DNA of 64,000 nucleotides from Mustelus asterias (lineage: Eukaryota): assembly GCF_964213995.1 (NCBI RefSeq), contig NW_027590261.1, positions 434,001 to 498,000 on the forward strand, written 5' to 3'. Within the stretch, counting starts at the first letter, position 1; each line of letters starts with the position of its first letter. The notes beneath the pieces are model-generated. The model saw only the letters and a list, made by a program, of their open reading frames with translations. It was not told where the DNA came from and made no database searches. Of this stretch, positions 11,818 through 24,727 are shown piece after piece. A program made the position numbers and the translations under genes.

Positions 11818-12209
11818 CCTCACTGCACAGTAATAGACCGCCACGTCCTCCAGAATGAGGCCGCTGATTTTGGTTTCTGCTGATACCATTGCATGTCGCT
11901 CATACCCTTGCCTGTATAGTTACAATCTAACTGCACCGAACCCCTTTCTGATGCGGTTATTTTCACCGGTGACTGCGTAACTGGATCTGCGCATAGCCCA
12001 CCTGTAAAGATAGAGGAATTAAATATCAAGAGTTATTGTAAATGTTCTTGTACCTGTGACAGTTTGTGGAACCTCCCATCTACGCCTCACATAGATATTT
12101 CTGATGGTTCATTAAAATGCCATCTATGTGTATTAATATGTTTGTCTGGCTTGATGAACGTTATCCGGTACTTACTGTTCAAAAGCGCCGCCAGAATGGT
12201 TAGAAACAT
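11818..12209 (-). pseudogene. TCR alpha/delta V pseudogene with a frameshifting internal deletion
   Basis: Leader exon 12209-12176 (MFLTILAALLN, GTAAGT donor); V exon from 12001: GLCADPVTQSPVKITASERGSVQLDCNY...WYQQKPKS, then jumps out of frame to LEDVAVYYCAVR; RSS follows. Confidence 0.9.
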
Positions 12210-12759
12210 ATCTGACTGAATCTCTTTCAGTGAATGAGAATGGACGGAGTCAGAGATTGAGAAAGAGAGAGGCAATCCGAGCTCTGTTCCGTTGATTGCA
12301 ATGTGTGAGTGAGTGTGTGTCAGTGTGTCTGTGTGCGTGTGATTGGGGGGAGGGCAAGGGGGAGTCTATTGTGACTTCATCAGTCTACCATCCATACAGG
12401 CTCTAGTGATAATGTCACGTGAGTTTGTGACCCCCCCCCCCCCCCCCAACTGCTAACCCACCCTCCCCCACGCCCCACACCCAAACTGGGCTTTAATTTG
12501 GCGTCTTCAGCTGACAAATGTTTTTTTTAATGCAAGTTCGCATTTGGCTGTTGAGTATTTTCAATGTTTACTCCAATATATACCAAGATATAAATGCTGC
12601 CCAGACACCTGAATTGGTGCTCCTTGAACACTGTCTTTGTTACTTTTCCTATTTATATCGTAAAATGATGGTGATCCTGCGAGCATCATTGCTGGAATTC
12701 TCTGTTCAAACCCTGGTTGCGACGAAGTCGAATGAATACCAAAACTTCGGAAAACGTAC

Positions 12760-14090
12760 GGAGCTGTGGAAGATGTTTCCATGCGTAGGAAAAATTAGGA
12801 TGCAAAGACACATCCTCAGAGTAAAGGGACGAATCTTTAGAACCGAGATGAGGAGGAGTTGCTTCAGCCAGTGGGTGGTAGACGCGGGCAGTGCAGTTGA
12901 CGTTGTCTACATGAACATTAGCAAGGCATTTGACAAGGTACCAAATGGTAGATTGTTGCATAAGGTTAAATCTCACGGGATCTAGCGTAAGGTAGTGAAA
13001 TGGATGCATAATTGGCTTGATGACAGAAAACGGGGTGGTTGTCGAGGGTTGCTTTTCAATCTGCAGGCCTGTGATCAGCGGTATGCCTCAGGGGTCAGTG
13101 ATGGGTCCACTATTATTTGTCATTTATATTAATGATTTGGATGATAATTTAGGAGGCATGATTATAAAGTTTGTAGATGAATCAAGATTGCTGACATAGT
13201 GGACAGTGAAGAAGGTTATCTCGGATTGCAAAGGGATCTTGATCAATTGGGCCAGTGGGCTGACGAATGGCAGATGGAGTTCAATTCAGATAAATGCAAG
13301 GTGATGCATTTTGTCAGATCGAACCAGGGCAGGACTTACTCAGTTAATGATTGGGCGTTGTGGAGAGTAATAGAACAATGAGATCTAGGGGTACAGGTTC
13401 ATAGCTCCTTGAAAGTGGAGTCACAGAGTGATGAAGAAGGCATTCGGCGTGCTTGGATGCTTGGTTTCATTGGTCAGAATATTGAATGCAGGAGCTGGGA
13501 CGTCTTGTTGAAGTTGTACAAGACATTGGTAAGCCCACACATGGAATACTGTGTACAGTTCTGGTCACCCTATTATAGGACAGACGTTATAAAACTAGAA
13601 AGAGAGCAGAAAAAAAGTACTAGGATGCTACTGGGACTTGATGGTTTGAGTTATAAGGGGAGGCTGGATCGACTGGGACTTTTTTCCCTTAAGCGTAGGA
13701 GGCTTAGGGCTGATCTTCTAGAGGTGTATATAATGATGAGGGACATAGACCAGCTGGAAAGTCATTATCTTTTCCCAAAGGTCGGGGAGTTTAATACTAG
13801 AGGGCAGAGGTTTAAGGTCAGAGGGGAGAGAAACAAAAGGGTCCAGAGGTGCAATTTGTTCACACAGAGAGTGGTGAGTGTCTGGAACAAGCTACCAGAG
13901 GTAGTAGTGGAGGCGGGTACAATTTTGTCTTTTAAAATGTGTTTAGAGAGTTACATGGGTATGATGGGTAGAGAGGTATATGGGCCAAACGGGGCAATTG
14001 GGACTTGCTTAGAGGTCAAATAAAGGGGCGGCATGGACAAGTTGGGCCGAAGGGTCCAGTGCCATGCTGTAAACCTCTATGACTCCATGA
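12760..14090 (+). mobile_element. decayed CR1 LINE (RT region to 3' tail)
   Basis: [36 protein letters not shown] and EYCVQFWSP in broken frames; tail CTCTATGACTCCATGA. Confidence 0.9.
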
Positions 14091-14434
14091 CTCCCTGGTG
14101 AATCTATGAAATTCAATGCCACAGAAGACTGTGGAGGCCAGGTCACTGAGTTGATAGGTTCTTGATCTGTAAGAGAATCAAAGGTTCCGAGTAAAGGCGG
14201 GAGAATGGGTTTGAGAAACTTCGCAGCCACAATTGAATAGCGGAGCAGACCTGATGGGCCCAATGGTCTAATCCTGCTCCTATATCTTATCGTCTTAAGG
14301 GGTTTGGTTAATAATCAGAATAGTGCCAGGGATCAACAGATTAATTTGGTTTATTTTGCTTACAAACAAGAAGATACAAAAGCGACTCTGTTGATACATA
14401 CAGAATTTTTCCCTTTCCACAGAGTAAAATTATA

Positions 14435-14707
14435 TCTTTTCGATACATTGTAAACTCACCGAATCTCCTTCTGTCTTTACTGTTGAGGACAGCGGCTGAG
14501 TGATAGAATCTCCATGACCCATATCTGGAAAAGGGTTGTCTTTGGAGTTGGTGGGCTCAGGTGAAAATATTCCGCACTCCAGTGCAGTCTAAAATTTGAA
14601 ATGAAATGGCATAAAATCGGGGTAGAATTTATGATCCGAAATCTTTGGACACAAATTTGAGTCCCGAAGACTCACGTTAGGAAGAAAGCTGCACCTTGTA
14701 GTTCCAT
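14435..14707 (-). pseudogene. truncated TCR V pseudogene (leader + FR1 only)
   Basis: Minus strand: ATG at 14707 MELQGAAFFLT (damaged leader); acceptor TTTTCCAG then DMGHGDSITQPLSSTVKTEGDSVSLQC from 14524, after which homology ends; not in the ORF track. Confidence 0.75.
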
Positions 14708-15149
14708 GCCGCCGCCACCAGACGGCAATGGGATGCCGGGTTGGCTTTCGTATCGGGGCGAATTCCAGACTCACAACCGCGGCCGGTAACAATTTTGAAA
14801 AAATGTAGCTAAAAGATCAAATGTCGAAACAGAAATATTATTTTAGCATTGACAGCCAACTTATATTGCTTCACGAGATCTATTATTACGATTATCAAAA
14901 CTGCTCTTACTGTTAGTGTGCTGCAAATATTTTCGTTCGTTCAGCTTAGCGCTCCGCATTCTTCGTGGAGTGCAATGGGTAACGTGTACTTTCTACACAA
15001 AAGCGCCCAGTTCCAAACAGTGAAGTTTGCAACGTTGGTGAATATTTTCCTGGAGCTTTCAGTCCTCAAATGTGGACGTGCTGAGTTTGTTCAACGATTT
15101 CGTTTTTTACCAGAGATGATTGAGCTGCTTTGGATCAAAATAGCAAAGA

Positions 15150-16576
15150 CAATTACAGCACAGGAACAGGCCCGTCGGCCCTCCAAGCCTTCACCGACCA
15201 TGCTGCCCGACAGAACAAAAGCCCCCCTACCCTTCCGGGGAATCATATCACTCTATTCCCATCCTATTCATGTATTTATCAAGATGCCTCTTAAAAGTCA
15301 CTATCGCATCTGCTTCCACTACTTCCCCCGGCAGTGAATTCCAGATACCCACTATTCTCTGTGTAAAAAAATTGCCTCGTATATCTCCTTTAAAACTTGC
15401 CCCTCGCACCTTAAACCTATGCCCCCTCGTAATTGACTCTTGGACCCTGGGAGAAAGCTTCTTACTATCCACTCTGTCCATGCCCCTCATAATCTTGTAG
15501 ACTTCTATCAGGTCGCCTCTCAACCTCCGTTGTTCCAGTGAGAACCAACCAAATTTCTCCAAAGTCTCCTCATAGCTGATGCCCTCCATGCCATATAACA
15601 CCCTGGTAAATATTTTCTGTACCCTCGTCAAAGCCTCCACATTCGTCTGGTAGTGTGGCTACCAGAATTGAACACTATATTCCAAGTGCGGGCTAACTAA
15701 GGTTCAATAAAACTGCCACATGACTTGCCACTTTTTAAACTCAGTGTCCCGGCTGATGAAGACAATAGTGCCGTATGTCTTCTTGACTCCCTTCTCCACC
15801 TGTACATCCAGATCCCTTTGCCTATCAATGCTCTTAAGGTTTCTGCCATCTACTGTGTATTTCCTATCTGTACTTGACCTTCCAAAAAGCATTACCTCAC
15901 ATTTCTCCGGATTGAACTCCATCTGCCATTTCTCCGCCCAAGTCTCCAACCGATCTACATCCTGCTGTATCCTCTGATGGTCCTCATCGCTATCCGTAAA
16001 TCCCCCAACCTTTGTGTCATCCGCAGACCTACTAATGAAGTCAGTTACATTTTCCTCCAAATCATTTATATATATATATATATTACAAACAGCAAAGGTC
16101 CCAATACTGATCCTTGAGGAACGCCACTTGTCACAGCCCTTCATTCAGGAACGCACCCTTCCACTGCTACCTTCTGTCTACTATGAACGAACCAGTTCTG
16201 TGTCCACCTTGCCAGCTCACCTCTGATCTCATGCGTCTTCACCTTCTGCACCAGTCTGCCCTGAGGTACCTTGTCAAATGCCTTACCGAAGTCCACGTAG
16301 ACAACATCAACTGCCCTACTCTAATCAATCATTTTCCTCACTTCCTCGAATAACTCGATCAAGTTAGTGAGACATGACCTCCGCTTCACCAAACCATGTT
16401 GCCTCTCACTAATACGTCCACTTATTTCCAAGTCGGAATAAATCCTGTATCGAAGAACACTCACCAATAATTTCCCTATCACTAACGTAAGGCTCACCGG
16501 CCTGTAATTACCTGGATTATTCTTGCTACCCTTCTTAAACAAAGGAACAACATTGGCTAGTCTCCAATCCTCTGGG
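15150..16576 (-). mobile_element. CR1 LINE fragment
   Basis: PEDWRLANVVPLFKKG, SADDTKVGG and NFFTQRIVGIWNSLP on the minus strand with frameshifts. Confidence 0.92.
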
Positions 16577-16619
16577 AAAAGCAAATGAGCTATATTTTGA
16601 TGAACCCACCAATAGCGTA

Positions 16620-16708
16620 GGCTCGTTCGTCTCGAGTCATGATTTTCGTTTTGGGTATTTGAGGTCAAAGTGTTCGAGAGGGCCCGGGTTCAAGTCCCGG
16701 ATGAGCCC
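16620..16708 (+). tRNA. tRNA-Pro(TGG)-like gene with a 17-nt insertion at the canonical intron site (16656-16672); probably a pseudogene
   Basis: GGCTCGTT...ATGATTTTCGTTT-TGG-G[TATTTGAGGTCAAAGTG]TTCGAGAGGGCCCGGGTTCAAGTCCCGGATGAGCCC = 72+17 nt; acceptor and T arms pair, D loop altered. Confidence 0.8.
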
Positions 16709-16944
16709 TTTGATGTAGCTTTCTATTGCCCATTCCGCAGGTTTTGTTCATTTCTTTCCGGTGCAGATGGCGGGGTTGGTTCACATGGGGTTTGGTTTGA
16801 ATGCCTGAGCACAAACTGCAGGGAATCCATCAGAACGACAACCTCACTGGAACAACATTTTCAAAAGGGTTGACTTGTAAGGGGATATCCATTTTATCAC
16901 AATTCACCTGTACAAGGGACCCCATGATTGTCCAGGCAGCTGGC

Positions 16945-17450
16945 TGGATGTGTCTTTTTATTCAGTACCGAGATGTGAATGTCACTGGCTAGGCCGGCGT
17001 TTATTACTCATCATTAATTACCTTTGAGAAGGTGGTGGTGAACTGTCTTCTTGAACCGCTGCAGTCTATTAGTGTAGGTGTATGCATCATTCTGTTACTG
17101 GGGCGACAGGCGGCGGGGGCGGGGGCGGGGGAGTGGAGATGTTGGGGGGGTGGGGGGGGATGGCGGGGCGGCTATTCCAGGATCTTGTCCCTGCGACAGT
17201 GAAGGAACAGCGGTATATTTCCAAGTCAGGATGTGATTGGCTTGGAGGGGAACTTCCAGGTTGCAGCTCTCTTGGGTTTGGAAACTGCCGACTAAGGTAT
17301 ATGTGGCGAGTTCCTGCATAATCCAGACAAGTGGGGAGCATTCCATCACATTCCTGACTTTTACCTTGTCGATGGTGGATAGGCTCTGCGAGACAGGAGG
17401 TGAATTATTCGCTGCAGGATTTCTAACCTCTAACCTGCTCTTGTTGCCAC
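16945..17450 (-). mobile_element. decayed L2/CR1-group LINE 3' fragment
   Basis: MECSPLVW and FTVAGTRSWNS motifs on the minus strand; same family as 10490-10955. Confidence 0.65.
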
Positions 17451-17614
17451 TGCACGAACTGATAAAATGTATGCTGAGTCAAAATAGGAGCATCTCTTTT
17501 CCTGCGCAGTGTGCAGAGAATTTCAGCACTTCTATTTATTTTTTTCTGAATGCATATTGAGGCATATGTAAGAGCTAATGGCATATGCGTACAAAATATT
17601 GTGTTCAAGTAATA

Positions 17615-17905
17615 TTCAGTAAGAAGCCTCACAACACCAGGCTAAAGTCCAACAGATTTCCTTCTCTATGAACGGTATGTTTTGTCTGCATAACGCGCAG
17701 GAAACAAGACTTTTCACTGTATGTTAATACATGTGACAATAATAAATCAAATTAAATCAAAACAAGGTTTATTTGGAATCACTCCACTCATGAAGGTGCA
17801 GCGCTCTGAAAGCTCGTGATTTCATTAAACCTGATGGACTTTAACCTGGTGTTGTGAGACGTCCTACTGTGCCTACCCTCGTCCAAAGCTGGTCATCTCC
17901 ACCTC
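17615..17905. mobile_element. Penelope-type inverted-repeat element interrupted by a Rex1-like 3' tail (~17658-17762)
   Basis: Arms AGTAAGAAGCCTCACAACACCAGG and GGACTTTAACCTGGTGTTGTGAGAC; the insert matches 33070-33170 (CTTTTCACTGTAT...AATAAATCAAA). Confidence 0.7.
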
Positions 17906-18148
17906 ATATTCGATAGTTGATTCACTGAGGGGAGTGGTTAGTGGTTGGGCAGTGTTATTGTCTCTAATTCCAACATGGCAGATTAACTCAGCAAGTCAAT
18001 TCAAGGGCTAATAGGGATGATGTAAACGAATAATGGAAATTTCAATGATGGAACTTTTCCTCACAAGTAACCGAATCGCTTTGACAAAGTTTCTGCCCGA
18101 TTTCGAAGCGTTAGACCAATATGTAACAAGTGCTGTAAGTTAGCAGGT

Positions 18149-18206
18149 GGATCAGTGGCACAGTGGGTAATGCATCTGATTCCCGATTCGACTCCTGGCT
18201 GGTTCG
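18149..18206 (+). pseudogene. tRNA-Arg(ACG)-derived pseudogene with the anticodon loop deleted
   Basis: GGATCAGTGGCACAGTGGGTAATGCATCTGA//TTCCCGATTCGACTCCTGGCTGGTTCG matches both ends of tRNA-Arg(ACG) with ~15 nt missing. Confidence 0.7.
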
Positions 18207-20875
18207 ATGTAAAATTTTAAAAGTAGTTCACAAATTCCATGTTACTTGGGATGACAACGTTCTTCAATAACTTTAGAACTATTCAGATAAATGCTGTCGA
18301 ACTTCAGTCAGCTACCCTGGAGAAATTTATGTTAGATAATTTTTTTAGAACTCGACTATTTCAAATTAAATTCCACTGAAAGATTTTCATTAAGTAAGTT
18401 TAATCGTGTTTGTTTTTTTAAATGGCACGCTTTTGTTAAATCGTTTGGAAAAACATTTTAATAAGTTTACACTATATTTTGAAAGTTGGAAAAGTCTAGA
18501 TGGAAAAGTTCAGCATGGAAAAGTTATTTTTCAAAATGCTGAAACGAATTTCCAAAACGTTGACCAACACTTGTCAAACTCAAGGGAAAAAAATATTTTA
18601 AATATGTTTAATGCTAAGAAGTTCGCAACAAATTTAATAAAAGCAAGTTACTGCGCATGCTGGAATCTGAATCCAAAAGAGAAAATGCTGGAAAATTTCA
18701 GCAGGTCTGGTAGCATCTGTAAGGAGAAAAAAGAGCTGACGTTTCAAATCCAAATGACGCTTTGTGAAAGCTTTGGATCCGAAACGTCAGCTCTTTTCTT
18801 TCCTTACAGATGCTGCCAGACGTGCTGAGATTTTCCAGCACTTTTCCTTCGAAACATTTTTAAATTCCATCGTGTTTTCTCAAAAGTTGATCAATTCTAG
18901 GTAAATCCCATGGAGAAAAATATTTGAATAATTTCGTTAAATTCCGTTTTGAAAAGTTCTCAAATTAGCCAGAAGGTGGAGATGCTGGGGTTGTTCTCCA
19001 AAGGAGTGGAGGAGATTGAGGGGAGCTGTAATCGAAGTGGATGAGATTAGGAGAGGCTTTGCTCAGGTAGATAAAGAAAAGATGTTCCCATTAGCTGATG
19101 GTGCTAACGGAAAATGGTGCGGGGCTATGCAAGGTGCCTTTTTTTAAGATTATGGGCAATGTGGGATGGAGGTGGGGGCGGATGTAGGAGGAACATTTTT
19201 CCACAGTGAATGCTCAGCTTTACCGACGAGAGTGGTGGATGTGGTTATTTTAGTTAAATAGAATTTCTGAGGCCGGAAGGTTGACCTCCTGAGAAAGAAA
19301 ATGGATCTATGGGAACATTCTGAGGCAACTAAATGAACTCTTCGATTCCATTTAACTTCTAAAGACATCCGCTGTTGTGGTGTTTGTTAAGAACCTGATC
19401 TACAATGTGAGGGTATCCCAAAATGCAGAATGTTCAAGTGGAACACCAATACTTAATGGTAGAAAGTTTCAATTTGACATAATGTATAAAAAAAGGAAAC
19501 GAGTGAGACATGGTCCAGCCTTGTTGCAAATAATTAATAATGGATAATTATTATCTGAAAATAGGCACACAGCAAGAAAGACTATAATACAATTCAACAG
19601 GACCCTTAACTACAATAATGACCACACACACAGTATCTCATGAGGTGAACCCGTGTTCCCAGTTGTACAGTTTTCTGACCTCTGAGAACTGTCCCTTTCC
19701 CAAACAACATACGAAATTGTATGGCTCTATGAGTTTAAAACAGATTATAGTGACCGACCACGGGTTATTTTGCAGCTTGGGAAAGCCTTCTTTAGTTCAG
19801 CATAGTGGTTTTTCTCTGTTAGTTTTTTTTAAACAGCCACTTTTTTCAGTACATTGCCTTTCTGGGAGAGTTTGCTTTCTCCAGCGTGGTGAGGCTATTG
19901 TAGTCGCTGCTCTTCTCCTGCTGTACTCAGCTCCCATGGTGATACTTTCCATTCCCTTTGATGTTGTGCTATCTTAATAACACCTCTTCGCATAGTTGCA
20001 AATTATATTCTTCTCTCTCCACTTTGAAATCACCTTGTCTATAGTTCTACCACCTTCACATAAAACATTGTTCAACCCATAGTCATTTTCGTAAACATTT
20101 GTTTTCTTGCCGGTTTGCTAATTCGCATATGAAAAACTCCTTCAAACAGATGTACTCTTACTAATCTAATCCTTCAGTTTATTTTGTCAAAATTTTAATT
20201 TAAATCTTTATGTTTATGTATCTTGTAACGTTCTCGGGATGAGAGTTGGTGGTGGCTCCATTCTGAACTCGCAGAGGCAGCCACAGGCCTTGTTCAGGGG
20301 AGACCTGACATCTGCACATTGTTCCAGGCTGGTTTTGCGCCATTGTGTTTACCTGCTGCTGCCGCACAGAATTGGACTGGGGTGAAAGGAATTCTGATTG
20401 GAATTCTGCTGCGATCGATAACGGAGAATTTGGTGCTCAGACAAATCGACGTTTACTGCAGCGGGACCGGAGAAATCCAACTGCGGTCGAGGTCAGAGTA
20501 ACTCGTGTCATAGCATTCTGTGTCCACCTGGTGGCATTTGAAGCATATCTATGTTTCTATATTATAGAGCTTTTCCCGTTAAAAAATCATTGTGCCATCT
20601 AATTGTTTTTTAAAGGAGGTCCTCTGCCAGTGTTTGCTTCACTAGTCAATATCCCTAGTCACTTTACAGCAGACGGTGTTTCTGTTGATGCTGCAGGGAG
20701 CCCCGTTTTATTTTGACATGAGAGTGGGTTTCTGATTGTAACAACCACATCCGGCCTTGGCATACTACATTGGATTGTACCTCTGCTTAACTGATATTTT
20801 CTGTCTGTTGTAAACAATAAAATATATATTTTCTATTTCTGATACATCTTGGCTCATTTATTATTTCACTGGACG

Positions 20876-21150
20876 ACTGCTGCCTCGCAGCGCCAGGGAT
20901 CCGGGTTGAATTCCCGGCTTGTGTTACCGTCTGTATGGAGTCTGCACATTCTCCCCGTGCCTGCGTGGATTTCCTCTGGGTGCTCCGGTTTCATCCCACA
21001 GTCCAAAGATGTGCTGGTAAGTTGCATTAGCCATTCTAAATTCTGCCTCAGTGCACCCGAACAAGCGCTGGAATGTGGCGACCAGGGGATTTTCACAGTA
21101 ACGTAATTGCAGTATTAATGTAAGCCTACTTCTGACACTAATAAATAAAT
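20876..21150 (+). mobile_element. V-SINE (HE1-related, alternative tail)
   Basis: V-domain TGGAGTCTGCACATTCTCCCCGTG...GGTTTCATCCCACAG; tail ends in AATAAATAAA. Confidence 0.85.
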
Positions 21151-22319
21151 CTGGAACTTGGACGTTCTCTCTGTCCATGTTACCTGAAGTCATTGTATGA
21201 TTTCATATCATGCTCGATAACTTTCTCGTTATAATATATGGCATTGCGCAATGTCTCTATGTAAATCTGATTGTCCCTCTTTCACACATTCCACATTGTG
21301 TCCCTGTTTGCAATGGGGAAGAACGGGCATCTATAGAACATATCTCTATTCATATTACAGTTGACCAGGTCTTGATATAAATGAACCAAATTTTGCTTTC
21401 GAGTTATTACACTGGGGCTGATTCATTACTCTCATTGTGTTTCTCTTGGCCCTGCATTACTTAGTGGACTACAACAAATTATTGTCCATAATGTTTGAGG
21501 CCATTTCCAATTACTGCCGCCCTAGATTCTCTCTCTGCTTATATCGCACCCTATTTATCTTCGAATACATGATGTTCAATCTATTGTACATCCAATTGTT
21601 TATATTACAATAATTCTACCTCAGTTATTGATGCATGCAAATCACTTCATTTTATATTACAAACAATCCTCCCTCAACTATCAGTGCATCGGAATATGTA
21701 TCAGTTTTTAAAAGACTCGGTCTTGCCTCTATTTCTACGACGTTACAATATATCTACAATTCTGCTGGGTTGCACATTGCTTATGAGATTTGCTGATCTG
21801 TCTATTACCTTTGCACGATGTGTCCCTATCTATAACTTACATCATTATTGTACTGTATTGCTGTGCCCTGTTGCTTAGCCCTGGCTCACTTATTACAGCA
21901 CAAGAAAATGCCACTATTTGCGTTAGAAAAAAATATGTATCATGTTAATATTAGGTCCGTCCATGTCGCAGTTTTCCTGCGGTCGAGCATTTCCACGTTC
22001 CTGTTACAATAGTCCCTGTATCAATAGTTACTGCAGTGATGAAAATATATTTTTCTATTCCTAAATGACTGTCAGCCCATAAACTTCGCCCCTGTGTGAA
22101 TTAATTCATAACAAGACAATGGTTTCGTTTAAATTATGACAGACGCTGCCTTAACTTCCTAATAGCACTGTGGGTGTACTTACACCTCGGAGACAGCAGA
22201 GAAGGCAACATCACCGCTCAAGGGCAACTAGTGATGGGCAATAAATGGGGTCTGACCAGCGAAGTCCATGCCTGATAAATTAAATTAAAACTAAAATTAC
22301 AGTATACACACAAACTCTG

Positions 22320-22605
22320 CTGTGCAAAAGGAGGCCATTCGGCCCATTGAGTTTGCACCAACAACATTATTCCCGTAACCCCACATTTTTACGCCGCTAA
22401 TCCATCTAATCTACGCACCTCGGGTTATTGACGGACAATATGGCATGGCCAATCCACCTAACCATCTTTGGATTGTGGGAGAAAACTGGAGCACCCGGAA
22501 GAAACCCACGCAAACACGGGGAGAACGTGCAAACTCCACGCAGACAGGAATCAAACCCAGGTCCCTGAAGCAGTGAGGCAGCAGTGCGAACCACTTGCTG
22601 CAGTG
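22320..22605 (-). mobile_element. HE1-like V-SINE
   Basis: Reverse complement of the SINE head, V-domain and CR1-type tail. Confidence 0.8.
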
Positions 22606-22789
22606 CTGGCTTGAGTACCTTAAACTAATATGTTCCCGCTAAAAATGTATTAGACATTGATGTTGTTTCTATTACACAAGGTCTGCCTTAATTATTGCAG
22701 CAAGGTACCTTGCCTTTATATATAAAACACTGGATTATATGTTAATTAATATTACTCTGCTTTCTGTGTCAACTGATACTGCACCAGAC

Positions 22790-22852
22790 AATGACGTAAG
22801 CACGCACATGCGTGATCTTTGCGATTCAAACGGACTGGGGCTCACTTCCTGT
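22790..22852 (+). promoter_or_regulatory. putative V promoter elements (CRE-like TGACGTAA, ETS CACTTCCTG)
   Basis: ATGACGTAAG at ~22791 and CACTTCCTG at ~22843, 170-230 nt upstream of the leader ATG; CRE motifs are known in TCR V promoters. Confidence 0.45.
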
Positions 22853-23016
22853 TTATTGTTTCTGTGTTTCACTGAGTCATTTCTGCTGTTTGTTCAGAAC
22901 AGCGTTTCAGGGCATCATTGGAGTGATCGTGTCTCAAGGAAAGTAAAGCCATTGTGGGCACGTAGTCAGAAAGATTTGCACATTGGATTCTTGAATATCG
23001 TGGAAGAACTTTAGAG

Positions 23017-23560
23017 ATGGGACCAATTAAATTTCTCCTGGCGTCATTTCTATTCGGTAAATTGGAACATGTGAAACATTTGTTGATGCTTGTTGCCCCC
23101 TATACTATGTAAATACTGAAATGTATTCCTTCCTCAGTTGTAAATAATCCATAGGTGATAGTTTGTGATTGTTTTTCCTCATTTTGAAAGAGGAGAGAGG
23201 GGAACTCTTGTCATCAATAAGGGGGTTACCTGAATGTTTTGCATATTATTTTGCAGGTAATATCCAAGGGAGTTCGGTAACACAGAGTCAACATGAGTTG
23301 AAGGTAGCTGAGGGAACTAATCTGGAATTGAGCTGTAATTACAACTCCAGTTCTGTTGATCCGGATCGCTACTGGTACCGGCTCTACCCGAACCAGCCAC
23401 TCCAGTTCATATTGTTCCGGGATAATACCAGACGCAAGGATGCCGAGTTTGCCAAAGGAAAATTCGATGCTCGTCATTTCAGTCAATATCAGGTTTTCCC
23501 TTTGTCAATTTCTGCTGTGGAGACTAAAGACAGCGCCATCTATTTCTGCGGATTGAGGAT
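23017..23560 (+). CDS. TCR alpha/delta V gene segment, apparently functional (leader 23017-23056, V exon 23257-23560)
   Basis: MGPIKFLLASFLF/GNIQGSSVTQSQHELKVAEGTNLELSCNY...YWYRLYPNQPLQFIL...DSAIYFCGLRI; GT-AG phase-1 intron; Cys23, Trp41 and Cys104 intact. Confidence 0.95.
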
Positions 23561-23598
23561 CACGGTGCTTCAAACGTGCTCTCACCCGTACAAAAACC
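23561..23598 (+). other. RSS (22-nt spacer)
   Basis: CACGGTG, 22 nt, ACAAAAACC. Confidence 0.93.
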
Positions 23599-24727
23599 TC
23601 GTCAAAACACAACAAAACTGGAGAAATTAGCAAAGGGATCTTCCACCCGGAGACTCTTGAAAAATAAAATCCCTTGTTTATAAAATTATTTAAAAACACA
23701 CATTTATGTTCTGACAAAATGCTGTCAAGGATTATAGACATCAGTTAATCGGAGTGAATACAGAAACTGGATTGGTTCCCTTGAAAAAAAGGAGCTTGAG
23801 CTGTACTTTAAATGAGGTGCCCAAATTTTTGAAAGGGTTTTATAAATGTGAGAAAGAATAATTTACATCGGCAACAGGGACGAAAATGAGAGGATACTGA
23901 TTAAAGATAATCGGTAAATAGAAATGGTGGAGAAATGTATGGTTATTTTCACAGCGTGTCTTTATGATCTTCAAAACACTGCCTGAAAGAATGGCGGAAG
24001 CAGATACAAGAATAAGTGGCTGGCTTCAAATTTGAAATGAACAAAGGTGCAAGTCCATGGGCAAAGAATAAGTAACTGCCCCGAAGGGATAGCTCTTGAA
24101 GACTTGAAGTACATGCAACTTGGCCGAAGCATTTCATTCTGTGTCGTATTATCCAGTGTTTCCATAAATCATATCCAATCCTAACTCCGGCATAAACAAC
24201 TGTTCCTGATGTTGTCTCTCGTTCAAACGTTTAAATGCCTCCAGAATAACACCGTGGGAGCACCTGCACCATTCACACTGCCGTAGTTCAGGATGAGACC
24301 ACAATGTGGTTATGTGAGATTAGCGATGGGCAATAAATGATGGTCTTGCTATAATCGCCGATAACTGGAGCATAGATACAACAAAACAAAAATGTATGGA
24401 TCTCATGAGAATCAGCACATAATTTCGTTCTCGGTTTGCATCATTCATCCTTTTTTTAAATTTGTGTTTTGTTCGCTCTCGCATTTTCTCTCCATTTCAG
24501 GCCTGCTTCCTCTCTCCCAGTTCCTATCGTTCATCATTTTCCTTTTTTCGGCACCTTGAAAAAAATCTCAGTGACAAATTACATGCCGGAATGTTATATT
24601 TAATGAACAAGTGGTGTGTGGAGAGAAGGGGTGGGGGGAATTGCCAAATACAACACCGCCCAGAGCAGTGACACTGTCAGATGGTGCAGGTAGAGAAACT
24701 AGCTGACCAGTCATTAATCGTGTTAAC

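Noticed and set aside
14960-15030. Weak tRNA-like sequence; similarly at ~28645-28725
   Set aside because: Too degenerate to fold or assign an isotype
20224-20769. Possible solo LTR (TGTA...TACA ends)
   Set aside because: No target-site duplication or second copy in the window; cannot be supported without a search
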